From positions 4,278,001-4,342,000 of the forward strand of contig CAKKNE010000001.1 in assembly GCA_918797485.1 (NCBI GenBank): 64,000 nt of DNA. Reading direction: 5' to 3'. Source of the stretch: Pelagomonas calceolata (Eukaryota). Positions within the stretch are counted from its first letter, which is position 1. Each line of letters opens with the position of its first letter. Both the position numbers and the translations under genes were made by a program. Under the pieces are notes generated by a model, which saw only the letters and a list, made by a program, of their open reading frames with translations, made no database searches and was not told the DNA's origin. Shown one piece after another: positions 21,017-31,752 of the stretch.

Positions 21017-23912
21017 TTACAAACAAAACGTGGCGAGCTCCTTCTTCTGGAGTCCTGATTGGGCGATGGCGTTGCCCTTAGTAGCTGGGGCCGCGGCCTT
21101 CTGCTTTGCGGTCGCGGCGACCGCGTCGAAGGGTGCCAGGACCTCATCCACAAACGCCGGCACCAGGTCCTTCTGGTGCTTGAAGTACTTGTGCACGAGG
21201 TGGCGCATCGACAGCGCGTTCTGGGGCGCCCGCGGGTCGTAGGCGACGCCTTCTCTTGTGCGGAGGAATATTGGGTCGCGCGTCAGGCGGTTGATCCAGG
21301 CTATAACTTTCGGGCACTGCTCTTCGATTTTGGTACCGCCGTCCGCGTCGAAGTTCCGCGTCATCATGACCGTGATACCAGCAAGGAAGATAAACCTCCA
21401 ATCGCTCCACCCGGGAGCAGAACCGCCCGAGAGGTAGTCGTGGTCCTGCAGGTACGCATCCAGGAGCTTCAGCCGCTCGACGAACGCCGTCAGCTTCTCC
21501 TCTTTAGCAGAAGCCTTGGCGGCGTCGCGCACATCGCGCACGAGGACCGGTAATGATGCTTGAAAACCAAACCACGGCATCATGAGCCCCGGCATCACGT
21601 CGGCATCCGCAACGGGAAACCCTTCGCCCTTCGACGGCGCCAGCCGCTCCAGTAATTTAGTGGTGTCGATGACGAACTCCGCCGAGCCGTCCGCCTTCTT
21701 TATCAAAGCACAGGGCGTCTCGGCTTTGGCTTCATTTTTTTCCACTAGATCTAAGAACCACTGGGGCTTATCCTCGAGGTCGATCCAGTGGCGCCGGAGC
21801 TTCCATCCAGCTTGAATACAGGCTGCATACACATTATCCGAGAAGATGCAGCTCTCGACGAGCTTGTCGCCTAGTCGGAGACCGCCCGCGAATAAATGAA
21901 CGTCTACATCTTCAAAAGCTAGTAAAGGCGCACTCCCGGAGGCGAACGCGTCGTACGGCGCCAGGACTTCGTCGACGAACGATGGCAGCAGGTCGGCCTG
22001 GTGCTTAAAGTACTTGCCTACCATTTTCTGCATAGCCGCGCAATTCGCGGGCAGCCGCGGATCGAAGTTGAGGCCGCACCGCGCCTTGAGGACGACGGGA
22101 TCCTTGGAGCAGCGCTCGACCCACGCCTTCACGCGCGGGCACTGGCTCTGCACATAGGCCGCACCTTCCGGATCACACACGCGCGAGAACATATCAACGA
22201 ATCCTACAAAGAAGATGTACCGCAAGTCCGACCAGCCGATCTTGGCGCTGTCCGAAAGGTAGTCCCGCCCATCCAGATAGGCGTCGATTGGCCGTAGTTT
22301 GTCCACAAACTTGTCCAATTTCAAGCGACTCTCGGCCCACTTCTCCGCGTTCTGCAGGTCGCGCACCGTGACCTGCGTGGAATGAATTGTTGAGAACACG
22401 CCATCGCCGCGACTCGTGTGATTCCGCGCCGACCGCGACGGGCACGGAAGCCTGATACCCAAACCAGCTCATGAGCATGCCGGGAGAAACGTCCGCCGGC
22501 TCGACGGCCATGCCGACGCCGTCGTACGGCGCCAGCCGCGCCAGCACCTTGGCCGTGTCAGTGACGAACTCGCCGCCCGGCAGTAAAACGCAGGGCGTCT
22601 CGGCCTTGGCGCCGTAGTCGCTGACGAGGTCGAGGAACCACTGGGGCTTCGCCGCCAAGTCGATGAAGTGCCTCTTCACCCTTAGTCCTTTCGCCTCACA
22701 GGCGGCGTACGCATTTTCCGAGAAAACGCAGTTCGGCCGCAGCCGGTCCCCCAGCTTCAAACCACCGCAAAAGACGTGAACATCTATATCGTTGAAGTGG
22801 AGCGACGGCGGCGGGACGTTCGGGTTCGCTGTCGGTGGTGCGGCTACCGACGCGGCGGCCTCCGTGTCGTCGAGGCGGTGAAAATCCAGCACGACCTTGC
22901 CATTTTCATCTCTACGAGTCATCCAGCTGAAGTGCTGATCAAAAATCGCGTCCTTCGCGCAGAGGTACGTGTGCTTGCACATCAAATCATCATGATACAC
23001 CGTATCTCTCCCTAAGACCGTGACGCTCAAGGCGTTCGACTCATCACAAAAAGCCTCGCGATCGAATGTGTCGTCTTTGACGTATTTTCCGAGGGGCGAT
23101 TTTTCGTCGATGACGTGCGAGACCGTCAGGACGCCCGTCATCGCAGAAGACACCGTCTCGAGCTGGAGCTCGTTCTGCCCAATGTAGGACTCGCCTTCTT
23201 GCGTCGCGTGCGGCGTCAGAAATAAGACGCGGATCTCCGGGTGCAAGATGAGGTTACACCGTCGGTTCGCGAGTCGGATGAGCAGGACGCGCTTGCCGTC
23301 GCGCTTCGTGACGCAGAAGTGGCTCGCGAAGACTAATCGACTTCGCGGTTGCTGGAACTTCGAGACGACGACGGCGAAGCAGACGACGTTGAGCATGAGA
23401 CCGAGCGCCATCTGCACGATGCCCGCGAAGTAGGCGCCCTTCGTCGACACATTGACCTCGCCGTAGCCCATCGTCACGACATTAGCCGCAGCATACATGA
23501 TGGCCGTCCACCAGGTGCCCGTGCCGTCGAAGCCGAGGCCTCGCGCGCACAGCAGGTTGACGATAGTCGAGACCAGCACGATTGCAGTGTACGCCGCGAG
23601 CACATGTAGTAACAGCGCCGGCCAATGCAACTTCAGCGTGGAAAAATACAAATCATCAGCGTCGGCAAGCAAGCCGCCGGCGTGGTCGATGGCCGCCTTG
23701 CTCTTCGCGGCGCGCTCCTTCGCTTTCAGGACCTTCGTGCGCTCGCTCGCTTCCCGGTACGCCACGATGCGCTGGCTCATTTGCCGGCGGAGCTGGCCCG
23801 GTCCTGATGAGCTCCTCTTGGCACGCTGCGCGAATGACTTCATCCGTGCTATCGTTTTGAGGCTCGGGGTCGGTTCTTTCGTCTCCTCGGCGGCGGCGAC
23901 CTTGGCCGTCAT
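21017..23912 (-). CDS. Inward-rectifier (Kir-type) K+ channel fused to two DHAR/CLIC-like GST domains, 2 exons (intron 22373-22439)
   Basis: TMGYG filter, KFQQP..RLVFAS, IRLANRR, HVIDEKSPL (Kir); then two domains with NCVFS/SCIFS..IDL..KPQWFLDL..ETPC; CCC|GTCGCG...CACGCAG|GTC joins the ORFs in frame. Confidence 0.8.
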
Positions 23913-24123
23913 CGCGCGGCTGCTCCGACGAGTCGTGCGTTGTCTGTGAGGCTGCCCCGTAGTCCGTTTGTCTGTTCGATCGTCACGGGCTCAGCTTGGG
24001 TCTGCGGCGCTGGGGCGACCGCGCTGTAGACCCGAATATGTCGAGTTGATTTGACTCGATTTGCTCGAACGAGGTCTTGTTTGTTGTTGGCAAGCCTGCG
24101 CACTTCAAATAGAATTCCTAGAC

Positions 24124-25707
24124 TTAAACACCCCGGTCCTCCCCCGGCTCGAGCGTCCGATGAAATTCCGAGAAATCCACGAGACAAGACCCGCCCGGCT
24201 GCCGAAACACGCACGGCGCGAAGTTGTGCCACCACGCGAAGTTCTCGATCGCGTAGGAATGTCTAGCTTGCACTAACCGCGACGTGATCTCGTCGCAGCC
24301 CTCGACGATGGCCACGATCTCGACGTCGCGGTCGAAGAAGAACGCGTCGAGCGCCGCCCGAAACTCCGCGTCCTCGGACGCTGTTGGACCGCGAGCAAAG
24401 TGCGCCTGCCGCCCCGGCGGTGGCGGCGTCGAGGGCTCCTCCTCTTCGGTGTCGAACGAGCCCGAGACGTCGTCGCTCACGTGCGACGCCGAGTGCGTGA
24501 AGGGCGCGAACATGCGCGACTCGACGCTCGGCCGTCGTCGGTGGATGCGCTGTTTTGGAGGAGGTTTGCCGACCTTGTGCGGCGACGGGATCGCGGCCGC
24601 GTTCGTGCGGAAGGAGTCGCCTCGCTCGAACCTAGGTTTGTGGCCTTCGCCGAAGGTGGGAGACGCCATGACGTTCGGCGACAGCCCGCGCCAGCTTCGA
24701 GGCCCCCTTGCACTAATCCACGTCTCCGCCGGGACTAACGGAGACGCCGCGTCCAGTTTATGAACCACGAGCTGCGGCAAAGCCATCAACAGCAGCCCGC
24801 CCGTATCATCTCGAGGTCTTCGTAACTGCATGCGGTGCGCCTGATAATACGCAGCCCCATGCTCGTCGCGCTCGTGCCGCACGGCGAAAACTCGAATTTT
24901 CGCATCCAGGAGGTGGTGCCGTCGCAATTCGCAGACCTGAAACACGAGGTAGTAGGAGCCGTCGACCCTTCGTACTACCGCTTTATCCGAGAACAGGACC
25001 GTCGACTGGCGGTGTCGACCCCGCGTCAGGCGATGGAATATAATCCCAAAGTATAACGACTCAATCACCAGCCCGCACACGACCTGCACGTTGATGATGG
25101 CCAGCGGCTCCCAGCAGTGCCCGAAGAAGTAATCTTGAGTACCATACCCAATCGTCGCCATCGTCTCCAGGCTGAAGTAATAGGCTTCTAATCTATCCCC
25201 AAAATCCATGCCGCATTCATCAGAAAAAGAGAGGTAGCCCACGCCAAACACAAAGACGCAGGCCACGTAGATGATGACCATCAAGAACAGTAACCGTAGT
25301 ATAGGTAAATGTACTATGGTATTAAACCAATCGTCCAAATACATGTGCACCCAGTCGCCGCCCACTCGCTTAATGTTCCATCTTCCAACAGACTGGTGGT
25401 CGTACGAGTCCCGCAACAAAATTCGCGAGCGCCGCTGCGACACCTCGGCGCCTTCCGCGAAAGACCTTCGCCGCGCCTCCTCGCGCTCCCGGATCTCCTC
25501 GTACATCTCCCGTCTCCCTCGCGCCCGCTGCGGCGTCACGGTGCGCCGCATCGAGGCCCAGAGTCGTCTCGCGGCGCCGGCCATGCGCTCGTTCCACGGT
25601 GGAGACTCTATTCGCATCGCCGTGCCGTGTAGCGACGGCGAGCCGTAAGTGGTTGGCGTCTCGAGCGCGGCTTGCCTTAGCGTCTGCGCGCGCGGCGACG
25701 ACGCCAT
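24124..25707 (-). CDS. Inward-rectifier (Kir-type) potassium channel
   Basis: DDWFNTIV, YYFSLETMATIGYG, VLFSDKAVV, VVHKLDAASPL, EIVAIVEG.DE.T...QARHSY. Confidence 0.88.
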   Translation of the reverse strand: MASSPRAQTLRQAALETPTTYGSPSLHGTAMRIESPPWNERMAGAARRLWASMRRTVTPQRARGRREMYEEIREREEARRRSFAEGAEVSQRRSRILLRDSYDHQSVGRWNIKRVGGDWVHMYLDDWFNTIVHLPILRLLFLMVIIYVACVFVFGVGYLSFSDECGMDFGDRLEAYYFSLETMATIGYGTQDYFFGHCWEPLAIINVQVVCGLVIESLYFGIIFHRLTRGRHRQSTVLFSDKAVVRRVDGSYYLVFQVCELRRHHLLDAKIRVFAVRHERDEHGAAYYQAHRMQLRRPRDDTGGLLLMALPQLVVHKLDAASPLVPAETWISARGPRSWRGLSPNVMASPTFGEGHKPRFERGDSFRTNAAAIPSPHKVGKPPPKQRIHRRRPSVESRMFAPFTHSASHVSDDVSGSFDTEEEEPSTPPPPGRQAHFARGPTASEDAEFRAALDAFFFDRDVEIVAIVEGCDEITSRLVQARHSYAIENFAWWHNFAPCVFRQPGGSCLVDFSEFHRTLEPGEDRGV

Positions 25708-26167
25708 GTTTCCGAGTGAGTGGGTGGCAGGGTGCTTGTTTGATGCCTTCCAAGCTCCGGCGCTTGCTCGCTTTCGATGCACAGCTGGTAACCGTAGATG
25801 GGAGTGCTGTGACAAGTGTAACCACTCTCTAACCACAAATGCCGGCGAGTTTTGGCCGATTTACTTGCGATTGAGCTGTAACTCGCGGGTTTCACGGCGT
25901 GCGCCGGCGAGCGCTCGAGGGGTACATCTACCGGCCTAGACAGCATTATAAGAGTCGTCGAAATTCAAATCGCGCTCCCCCGTTCTCGCAGCGGAGCAAC
26001 AGACTGTTCAGTCTGCAATTACAATCACCCAAAGCTGCCAGCGAACCACCATTCACGCGCAGCAGCGGTTTGTTACAGCCGCTAAGAATCACCCATAAGC
26101 ACACTACGCATACGGAGCCGCTCACCACCGAGCACAGGCTGCCCCGGTGCACATAGCTCAGAACGCA

Positions 26168-26887
26168 ATGGAGCACGCCGCCCACGTCTGGTACCACGAG
26201 CGCGTCGATGGACTAGAGGCGAAAGGGTGGACGCGCACGTCGGTCTTCATGCGCCGCCTGGTCATCGACGCCCAGGCCGTGGTCATCTACATGGCGGTCT
26301 GCGTGCTCATCTTCATGATCGACCTGTTCACGCAAGGGACGGCGGAACGCCTCGCGAGCCCGCCATACCGGTACTTCTACGCCAAGAGCCCGCGGTCCTG
26401 GCTCAACCTGGTCGCGCACGTCGTCGCGCACAAGGACTGGGCGCACCTCAAGACGAACATGATCAACCTGCTGCTCGTGGGGCCGGCGGCGGAACGGGAA
26501 TTCGGCACGCAGCAGGTTGCCATCGTCGGCGTCGTCGTGGCCGTGGCGTCGGCGCTGGCGCACATGGCCTTTGGGCACTCGCACTCGGGCCAACTGGGGG
26601 GCAGCGGCGTCGTCTCGGCGCTGATCCTGCTCAATTCGCTGGGCGCGGCGTCCTCGGGCCGCGTGCCGCTGACATTTCTGCTGACGGCGGTCTTCTGGCT
26701 CTCGGACGAAATCCAGTCCATCCTGACCCGCGACGGCGTGAGCCACGCCGCGCACCTCGCCGGCGCCTTGGTCGGCACCGCGGCCGGCTACGCCATCCAC
26801 GCGGGCCGGGGCCGCGCGAAACGCGACCCGAACCGCCGCGTGAGCGACCCCTTCGGCCGGACGCGGTCGGCGAAGAAGCTGCGCTGA
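26168..26887 (+). CDS. Rhomboid-family intramembrane protease
   Basis: H..WAHL..NM, GGSG (catalytic Ser), SHAAHLAG (catalytic His). Confidence 0.8.
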   Translation: MEHAAHVWYHERVDGLEAKGWTRTSVFMRRLVIDAQAVVIYMAVCVLIFMIDLFTQGTAERLASPPYRYFYAKSPRSWLNLVAHVVAHKDWAHLKTNMINLLLVGPAAEREFGTQQVAIVGVVVAVASALAHMAFGHSHSGQLGGSGVVSALILLNSLGAASSGRVPLTFLLTAVFWLSDEIQSILTRDGVSHAAHLAGALVGTAAGYAIHAGRGRAKRDPNRRVSDPFGRTRSAKKLR

Positions 26888-26950
26888 GCCCTCCACGCCG
26901 TCGAGCAGACGCGTCACGCGACCCCGGGGACACGAATTTTAACACGGAAA

Positions 26951-27319
26951 TTAAAGCGCGTTCGACACCTGGAGCCCCGGGAGGTCCTTGAAGTCCAGCG
27001 CGTCGAGCATGTCCTTCGTGTCCGGGTCGACCTCCACAAAGTCCTGGTCGATGGCCGAGACCTCGGGGACGAAGTCCATGCGTCGTTCGCGCTCCTCCTC
27101 CTGGAGCTTGAGCGAGATGCCGCGGACCGGGCCGCGCGCGATGCGCTTCATGAGGTGCGTCACGAAGCCCGCGATTTTGTTGCGCATGCGCTTCGACGGG
27201 ACGACGGCGACCTCGTCACAAATCCGCTTGTTCGTGTGGAAGTCGACGCCGAGCCGCGAGTAGTACTTCTCGACGATGACGCGCGCCGACTTCTTGACCG
27301 TCTTCGTGCGGACGCCCAT
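26951..27319 (-). CDS. RPS17: 40S ribosomal protein S17 (eS17)
   Basis: [54 protein letters not shown]. Confidence 0.97.
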   Translation of the reverse strand: MGVRTKTVKKSARVIVEKYYSRLGVDFHTNKRICDEVAVVPSKRMRNKIAGFVTHLMKRIARGPVRGISLKLQEEERERRMDFVPEVSAIDQDFVEVDPDTKDMLDALDFKDLPGLQVSNAL

Positions 27320-27871
27320 CTTTGTATCTGGGTCGTCGCTTTACTCCCGATGTATATAGACCTGCGTGGACGGCGCGTTACTTTCATGCCTCGCGGCGGC
27401 AGCGTCTGTCTGTCTCTCTTTCTCTTCCCCTCTCCGATGCTGCCAGGTGCACCGGCCGCCGGCGCCGCTCCGGCCAGCGGGCCGCCGAGCGCTCGCACGA
27501 CGACGTCTCGGGCGGGCGGCGGCCAGAGGCTCCCGCCAGCGAGCCGTGAGTCTTCCAGCCGTCGGTGAGTGCTGTCGGTGCACGCTGACGCCGCGACGGC
27601 GTGGCAGGACCGGCAGATGGCGCCGCAGCCGCTTGTTTGGGCTGTGGCGAGCAAGCCATCAAGCTCAGCGATGCCAGCTCCGCCGGCTAAATCCTCGCGG
27701 CAGCGGCCACCCAGGGTCTCGGGAGGCTTCATAGTCAGTGTAAATTCGTCTCGGACGCCGTAAGGATGCCGTAATTTGCGGCTTTTAAGTCGTGCTTGCT
27801 AAAAATGGCGAGGGTTTGTAGACACACTAGAACCGAGTCTAGTAGGTTACAAGGAAGTCTCCAAAAAAACG

Positions 27872-28642
27872 TTAAGCATCAGGCTTCGCGTGCAGCACCG
27901 ACTTGAACGCGGAAAACGCCGTCGACCCGACAATTGCCCCGAGCACGGGCCCCAGCGTATAAGTCCACGCCGGCGACGGCCCCAGCGCGGAAGAGGGCCC
28001 GGACGCGAGCAGCGTCACGAGCCGCGGCCCGACGTCCCGAGCCGGATTCATCCCGCAGCCGGACACGGGCCCCGTCACGAAGATGAGCAGGCCGACGATG
28101 GACCCAATTAAAAATGGTGCCGCTTGCGGCGGCGCCCCGAGCTCGGGATCTACAATAGCGTTGACGCCGAACAACAACGCCGCCGTCGAGCCGATCTCCG
28201 TCAAGAATAAAGCTCGGGTCCCGAGGAATTTGGGATTGTGCGCGACGCCGAAGGCGTTGCCCCACGCGGCGCTGCCCTCCGTCTTCTCAAGAGCCCGGAT
28301 ACCCGTCTTGTACATCCCAAAATTGCAGCAGGCCGCCAGGAAGGCGCCGACGGTCTGCGAGGCGGCGTAGCACAGGCCCTCGTCCGGCGAGCACGGGCCC
28401 GGCTTGCTTGTGGCCACGCAGGCCGCCGTCACGGCCGGGTTCAGGTGGGCACCTGACACACTACCCGTGGCGTAGACCCCGATCATCACACTCCCAGCAA
28501 AGGCCGAGGCGGCGATGGGCGGCCCTCCAGCGTACCTCGCCGCCGATACCGCCCCGCAGCCGCCGGCGACGATCGTGAACGTGCCGACGGCCTCGGCGGC
28601 GCATCTTGCGGCCAACGAGTACTTCGGCTTATCTTCAGCCAT
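27872..28642 (-). CDS. MIP-family aquaglyceroporin
   Basis: SGAHLNPAVT and MNPARD (GlpF-type second NPA), AEAVGT. Confidence 0.9.
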   Translation of the reverse strand: MAEDKPKYSLAARCAAEAVGTFTIVAGGCGAVSAARYAGGPPIAASAFAGSVMIGVYATGSVSGAHLNPAVTAACVATSKPGPCSPDEGLCYAASQTVGAFLAACCNFGMYKTGIRALEKTEGSAAWGNAFGVAHNPKFLGTRALFLTEIGSTAALLFGVNAIVDPELGAPPQAAPFLIGSIVGLLIFVTGPVSGCGMNPARDVGPRLVTLLASGPSSALGPSPAWTYTLGPVLGAIVGSTAFSAFKSVLHAKPDA

Positions 28643-29091
28643 CGTATACTTGTTCGTGCGCCGCGTCGATGGCGTCGGCGTGGACTTTAATGTCACTCCA
28701 AGCTGTGTTGTGTGGCTTGGCTGCGCCCCTAGGCTACAGCGCTGTAATAGATCGCCGGGGATGGATAGTAGGCGTCCTACAGCTGCCTCAAACGTGACAA
28801 ACAGCTCACGAGACGCGCTTCAAAGCTGATTCTGGATCCCGGGCGCTCTTTCTAGTGTGTTACATGCACGCTAGCACCTGGTTTGAGCCGGCGCCCATCT
28901 TTAGCAGCGTTCAGTGGCTCACAGCTACCCTAATACAACGCCTGAGGCCAGCTGAATGACGCCTCTTGCCGTCCGGACAATCTAAACGCGATAGGCCCGC
29001 TGCAGCCAGAGCCACAGCCTGAGCCACAGCAGCCTGGATTTGAGAGCTCAAACCAGCTAGCGTGTAGCGTGGACCATTGGGGGCGGCGGTC

Positions 29092-30180
29092 ATGGCCCAG
29101 GACGACGCCGAACCAATAACCGAGCGCGCATTAACGCGCGTCCTGGGCTACGTCGACCCGGTAGCGCACGCCCTGGCGACGAAAGCCGCCGCGCGCGACG
29201 AAACCACCATCGCCGCCGCCCTGAAGAACGTGCTCGGGCCCGAGGCCGCGCGGGCGGTGCAGGAGGCGGTGCAGGCGCGCCAGGGGCCCTCCGATGACGA
29301 GTCCTCGTCGGACGACGAGCAGATAGACGCGCCGGCCTGGGCGTCCCAGCGGGATTTAGATGAGGCCGTCGCGGCCTTCGACGCCTGGGTTCAGCCTGAT
29401 GAAACCGAGCGACGCCGGGCGGACGACCTCTTCGCACGCATCACGCAAACAATAAACGAAGTGGACCCCTTCGCGCGCGTCGAATTGCGGGGCAGCCGCG
29501 CGAGCGGCTGCGCGTTGTTTGATGCGGATGTCGATGTGGTTGTGGAGGTAATGCTGACCCTCGAGGCCGTCGCCGAGGCGTTGGGAGAGGCGGAATGGAG
29601 TCGGGGCGCCGAACTGATCCGGGCGCGCGTGCCCATCGTCACGGGCAAGGACGCTTCAACAAACCTCGCGTTCGACGTCGCCACGACCCAGGACGCGGCG
29701 CGCCAGGCCGCGCACGCCTACGGCAGCGATTTGAATGATGCGTCGTTCGCGCAACACCGGCCGCCGCACTTCGCCTCGACCGTACGGCTCTGCAAAGTTG
29801 TGTTAAGGCAGACCGGCCTCGGCGGCGCCTACGGCGGTGGGCTCGGCTCCTTCGCGCTGTGCGCGCTGGTCTTTGACATCCTGCGGCGCGCGTCGCACGG
29901 GACGCCGGGCAGCGCCGCGCTCGGTGCGTTGCGGGGCCTCGGGTCCGTGCACACGTACGGGCGGCCTGTACACCTCGGCGCCGCAGTTGTCGACGTGAAT
30001 CTGGACGACCCGGCGGCCCTCGCAGCGGCGTTTGCGCGCGCCGCCGATGCGCCGACGCTCGGCGCCATGCTCGACGTACCCGGGCTCGCGCGGACGCGCC
30101 GGCGCTTCCGCCGGCGGGGCGACGACCGCGCGTCTGCCGCGCCCCGTCCCGATCGCGGGGTGAAACGACCGCGCGCGTAG
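29092..30180 (+). CDS. Non-canonical poly(A) polymerase / TRF4-like nucleotidyltransferase
   Basis: GSRASG..LFDADVDVVV (GS..DxD), ARVPIV, FDV, YGGGLGSFAL. Confidence 0.7.
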   Translation: MAQDDAEPITERALTRVLGYVDPVAHALATKAAARDETTIAAALKNVLGPEAARAVQEAVQARQGPSDDESSSDDEQIDAPAWASQRDLDEAVAAFDAWVQPDETERRRADDLFARITQTINEVDPFARVELRGSRASGCALFDADVDVVVEVMLTLEAVAEALGEAEWSRGAELIRARVPIVTGKDASTNLAFDVATTQDAARQAAHAYGSDLNDASFAQHRPPHFASTVRLCKVVLRQTGLGGAYGGGLGSFALCALVFDILRRASHGTPGSAALGALRGLGSVHTYGRPVHLGAAVVDVNLDDPAALAAAFARAADAPTLGAMLDVPGLARTRRRFRRRGDDRASAAPRPDRGVKRPRA

Positions 30181-30182
30181 GT

Positions 30183-30383
30183 GTGACGGCGGCGAGGGCC
30201 TGCTTCGCGTGCGCGACATGCGAGAAGTGCGGCCAGCGGTACTGCTCGCCGCTCTGCCGCGACCGCGCGTTCCTCGCGCACGCGGCCGCGTGCGGGGGCT
30301 TGACGACGTCGACGGCGTGCCCGGTGTGCGAGCAGGAGCTGCGGCCGTGCTCGATGTGCGCGCTCCGCGCCTCCTCTGTGTGA
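30183..30383 (+). CDS. Possible MYND-like zinc-finger exon or small ORF
   Basis: CFAC..CEKC...YCSPLCRD...AH...C plus CPVC..CSMC; no ATG; follows directly on TAG|GT at 30180. Confidence 0.4.
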   Translation: MTAARACFACATCEKCGQRYCSPLCRDRAFLAHAAACGGLTTSTACPVCEQELRPCSMCALRASSV

Positions 30384-30807
30384 TTTTGTAACGACATGTT
30401 TGTAAGGATCCCTCCTGAACCCACACGATACCGACGGACGATCGATGCGTCCGGCGCTACCTAGATTAGACGATGTTACGGTGCTAGGACTAGTGGGCGG
30501 GGCCCCTGGGGGGGGGGGCACCGCGCGTCGCTGATTCGGCGCTACCTAGGTAGCGGTCTGTAAAGACACTAGAAGCATCTCACTGCTCGACGCGTAGAGC
30601 TACGGCGCCGCTTCAGGACCTGCACGCGTGCTCTGGCGCAGCGTCTCCCATCTATTCGTACCGTCTACGGACCCGTGCGGTACGGCTGGCGACCGCTGGG
30701 CAGCCGTGCGCTCTGGCAGCCTGTCAATCTTGTGGCAGCCCCAATTGATCGACATGGTGCGACTGCGAAGACTGCGTTTGCAACATTGACAGCGCTGAAC
30801 ACCGAAG

Positions 30808-31746
30808 ATGTTTAGACGCGCGTCGCTCCTGCTCGCTGGCGCAGCAGCAGCGCCACCTTGGTCGGCGTGGGACGCATGCGCCGCGACGTACGCCCGCAGC
30901 GTCGCGGCCATCTTCCCGCGCCATACCACAAACGAAATACTAACAAAGCTCCCACCACCGACGACCAACCACCCGCCTGCTTCCGACCGAACGCCGCTCG
31001 TGCTCCTTGCGCCGGGCTCCAGCGGCACGGCGTCGCTCTGGTGGGCAAGCGCCATGCTAAACCTCACGTCTAAGCACCACAAGGACGTCTGGCTGAGGGG
31101 CGGTCGCTGCGGAGCGCGCGTGCGGAACCGCGACAAAAGTTACAAGCCAAAATTGCTGTTCACAAAGGGCTGCGGGGGACGAGGCTGCGAGTTTGTAGCT
31201 GATTGGCCCGCGCAAGTCTCCCTATCAACCTACTGGTCCCTCGCACCAGCCGCGCGCTTCATCATGATAGACTTCGACGCCGACAACTGGCGCGCCACGC
31301 GGCTCACGTTCCGAGGCGGGTGGTGTACTAACGCTAAGAGGCCGGACTGCCGCGTTCCGCTTGCCTTCGACGCCGACGACGCGTGGCATGACACGGCGGT
31401 CGCCGTCGCGACTGCGAACCAGACGGCCGCCGCCGCGGCCGCGCTCAAGGCGTTCCTCCGATGCGTCGTTCCGCCGTCTCAGCTCCTGTGGCTGAATTGG
31501 CAGATGCCGACTCCCACGTTGTGGGCGCGACTCAGCGAATTCGCGCGCGTCCCGTTACCGCCGACGCTCGACACGACGTACTTCCCCCGGAGCCGCACCG
31601 TCGACAACCAAAAGAGCTGTGCCTTCAACCGCGGTTCGTGCAAGGACGCGCTGGCGTGCGTCATGTGGGACGCGTGCGCGGGCGTGTGCCACGGTCGCTG
31701 CTCGACGTCGAGGATTCCAGAATTCGAATGTAGTAACTTGTTGTGA
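30808..31746 (+). CDS. P-loop sulfotransferase-like protein (Sulfotransfer_4-like)
   Basis: LVLLAPGSSGTASL, ADWP, ARFI, VPPSQLLWL..WARLSEF..VPLP..YFP. Confidence 0.55.
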   Translation: MFRRASLLLAGAAAAPPWSAWDACAATYARSVAAIFPRHTTNEILTKLPPPTTNHPPASDRTPLVLLAPGSSGTASLWWASAMLNLTSKHHKDVWLRGGRCGARVRNRDKSYKPKLLFTKGCGGRGCEFVADWPAQVSLSTYWSLAPAARFIMIDFDADNWRATRLTFRGGWCTNAKRPDCRVPLAFDADDAWHDTAVAVATANQTAAAAAALKAFLRCVVPPSQLLWLNWQMPTPTLWARLSEFARVPLPPTLDTTYFPRSRTVDNQKSCAFNRGSCKDALACVMWDACAGVCHGRCSTSRIPEFECSNLL

Positions 31747-31752
31747 ACAACC

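Noticed and set aside
21017..22462. Independent 481-aa GST-like gene
   Set aside because: It has no ATG start and its N-terminus lies in an intron; better explained as exon 2 of the Kir fusion
27320..27770. ORFs upstream of RPS17 (27160..27732 and overlapping ones)
   Set aside because: No recognisable protein; a CACGCAG|GT acceptor near 27362 suggests a 5'-UTR intron instead. No snoRNA could be supported
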